Shown here: positions 34,987-36,702 of the stretch, one piece after another
Position numbering within the stretch: position 1 is the stretch's first letter
Layout: each line of letters opens with the position of its first letter
Virus record (IMG/VR): IMGVR_UViG_3300020045_001809
Coordinates: 1 to 36,702 of that record
Length of the DNA stretch: 36,702 bases
Strand: one strand, 5' to 3'
Source: a virus
Taxonomy: Duplodnaviria; Caudoviricetes
Notes under the pieces: generated by a model
The model's input: only the letters and a program-made list of their open reading frames with translations
Databases searched by the model: none
Told to the model about the DNA's origin: nothing
Program-made: the position numbers and the translations under genes

Positions 34987-35979
34987 ATGGCATACACACA
35001 GGGCCTCTGTTCAAAGATACAGGCCAACATTAATGGTGTGGCAGGGATGAACGCCCCGGCCCTTGCACGTCAAAAAGTGGGTGTAATTGATGCACTCATG
35101 TCCCCGGTGAACCGAATGGGTTTCACGGAAGAAATTGTCCCAACCAACGGAAAATTCAGAGCCGTACAGATCAATTACATTGGTCAGGCGTGTGATTCCG
35201 ATGTGGACGTCACCACAACCATTGATTGCACCCCGGACGTAACACCGGAACCATTGGAATCCCTGATCACCACATTCCAAAGGGCGGCCTATAAAATGTC
35301 ATTTGACGAAACCGAAATGCGGAAATTGTGTGAAGCGGATTCCGTTTGGGTTGGTCAAAACATCATGCGAGCCATGAACGCCATCAACGTGAAGGTTGAC
35401 AAAGTACTTTTGGCGTCACTTGTTACCCTATTGACGCCACAGGATTTGGCATTGTTCAACACCACCGGAACACCAAATCCGATGGCCTACGCCACATTGA
35501 TCAATGAATTTGACAAAATTGGAACATCCGGTTCACCTTTATTGGTTGGCGGATCCAATTTCAATGTGTTTGCCAAAGCCCAACAAATTGCATGTTGCAA
35601 CACGGTGGCCGGTGTTGACCTGTCACAGATCACATCCAATGGATATTTTTATTCCGATCCATCAATTGATGGAATTGTGGATGCGAAGGCATTTTTCGGA
35701 TGGGCACCCGGTGTATTCCAAATGGTAACATGGAACAAATATGTGGGTGACTATGCAAAACGCAATGATTCATTTGAACACGGCACAATTGTGGATCCGT
35801 TCACCGGATTACGTTATGACCTTAAGACATCATATGATGATTGTGCGGAAAAATGGTTTGTTGAATTGTCATTGAATTGGCAGTCATGGACGGCCCCGGA
35901 TGCGTATTGTGCGGCCGGTTATCCAATGTTGCAATTCAACGATTGTTCAGACGGACCATTAGGTTGTCCGACCCCGTAA
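34987..35979 (+). CDS. Major capsid protein
   Basis: 330 aa from ATG 34987 (strong A/C leader), after scaffold, own promoter and downstream hairpin; 10 Cys. Confidence 0.8.
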   Translation: MAYTQGLCSKIQANINGVAGMNAPALARQKVGVIDALMSPVNRMGFTEEIVPTNGKFRAVQINYIGQACDSDVDVTTTIDCTPDVTPEPLESLITTFQRAAYKMSFDETEMRKLCEADSVWVGQNIMRAMNAINVKVDKVLLASLVTLLTPQDLALFNTTGTPNPMAYATLINEFDKIGTSGSPLLVGGSNFNVFAKAQQIACCNTVAGVDLSQITSNGYFYSDPSIDGIVDAKAFFGWAPGVFQMVTWNKYVGDYAKRNDSFEHGTIVDPFTGLRYDLKTSYDDCAEKWFVELSLNWQSWTAPDAYCAAGYPMLQFNDCSDGPLGCPTP

Positions 35980-35996
35980 TCCAATAAACAATCAAA

Positions 35997-36027
35997 AATC
36001 CACCCGGTGAAACATCCGGGTGGTTTC
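35997..36027 (+). terminator. Hairpin/weak terminator after major capsid gene
   Basis: CCACCCGG-TGAAACAT-CCGGGTGG-TTTC. Confidence 0.55.
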
Positions 36028-36060
36028 ATAAAATAAAAACCACAAAAAACACAAAATATC

Positions 36061-36609
36061 ATGGCCATTTGTTCATCAACTTGCGCCCCAACCTTACCGG
36101 CACCCTATTCAACCGGTTGTTCCATTGTTCCCCGTGGTGGTGGAATCAAAAGGTTGGCATTCATAAAATGTGATTATGATTTCACATTGATTTCATCACG
36201 GGCGGAATGGGATGCCGCCATCATTGCCGGTGACATTGTGTTATCCGGACTGATTGTTGGTCAAAAACCAAAAGGATCATTCACCAAAAAACGGTTGGCG
36301 TCATGCGCCCCCGAAATCACCGTGGGTGCCACCAAAACCATCACGTTTCAGGATTACAATTCCGGGGATGCGTGTACCCTGTGGACGTTTTGGAATGCAA
36401 TTTTGGCGTCACCGTCAAAATACAAATTGGCGTATCAACTTTGTGACAACATGTTATATGGTCCAATCAATGATTTTGATTTGGAATTGGATGAAGTGCA
36501 TGAAGATACAAGCGAAGGAAATTCATTCATGGATGGAACAATCACATTTCAGGGTGTGGCAATGTTGTGTCCTGTGGAAGTGGATTTGGACGGTTTGCCA
36601 ACGGCATAA
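36061..36609 (+). CDS. Putative major tail tube protein
   Basis: 182 aa, N-terminal C..GGGIKRLAF motif, beta-rich, terminal GTITF strand; 8 Cys. Confidence 0.65.
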   Translation: MAICSSTCAPTLPAPYSTGCSIVPRGGGIKRLAFIKCDYDFTLISSRAEWDAAIIAGDIVLSGLIVGQKPKGSFTKKRLASCAPEITVGATKTITFQDYNSGDACTLWTFWNAILASPSKYKLAYQLCDNMLYGPINDFDLELDEVHEDTSEGNSFMDGTITFQGVAMLCPVEVDLDGLPTA

Positions 36610-36702
36610 ATTCGTAAAATTTGCAACATTCAAATCCGGGGTGAATTCATTTCATTCCGGATTTGCTATTTTTAACCAAACAAAAAAACATCATCATGGC
36701 CA
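36582..36702. repeat. Terminal direct repeat, right copy
   Basis: Identical to 1-121. Confidence 0.97.

Noticed and set aside
257-35280. Many minus-strand ORFs, up to 260 aa (e.g. 10636-11418, 33939-34658, 22444-23118)
   Set aside because: They shadow good + strand genes and show no motifs; scarcity of CTA and TTA on + removes reverse-strand stops.
34981-35580. Capsid gene seemed to relax the CT/AG bias (foreign origin?)
   Set aside because: Hand count gave 11 CT and 17 AG per 600 nt against 8 and 11 at the genome start; still strongly depleted, and the difference is too small to support a claim.
1-36702. Stop-codon reassignment suggested by rarity of TAG
   Set aside because: Genes are intact and tightly packed in code 11, TAG ends 7979-9103 normally, and no suppressor tRNA was seen; the rarity follows from AG avoidance.

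Overview
This window is an apparently complete, circularly assembled tailed-phage genome. Bases 1-121 are identical to 36582-36702, giving a unit length of about 36,581 bp. All credible genes are on the + strand. Promoter boxes (TAnnTTTG) and A/C-rich leaders without Shine-Dalgarno sequences point to a Bacteroidota host. Recognisable genes include TerS/TerL, a tail chaperone with a -1 frameshift, tape measure, three tail-tip proteins, portal, MuF with a metallopeptidase extension, scaffold, major capsid and tail proteins, amidase, holin, u-spanin, ERF, a DUF1376-type initiator with iterons, and SSB. I see no integrase, DNA polymerase, tRNA or CRISPR array. The strongest unexplained signal is that the predicted outer virion proteins are cysteine-rich, while tape measure, scaffold and the unshifted chaperone have no Cys. 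The same late region encodes a 4-TM protein with a probably cytoplasm-facing CAYC motif and an unannotated 31-aa GCGSCGG peptide. Together these suggest, as a hypothesis, a phage-encoded disulfide-forming relay for the virion. Other signals are two structured leader RNAs, duplicated promoter/hairpin cassettes, and strong CT/AG dinucleotide avoidance. All functional calls come from motif recognition and gene context; no searches were run.
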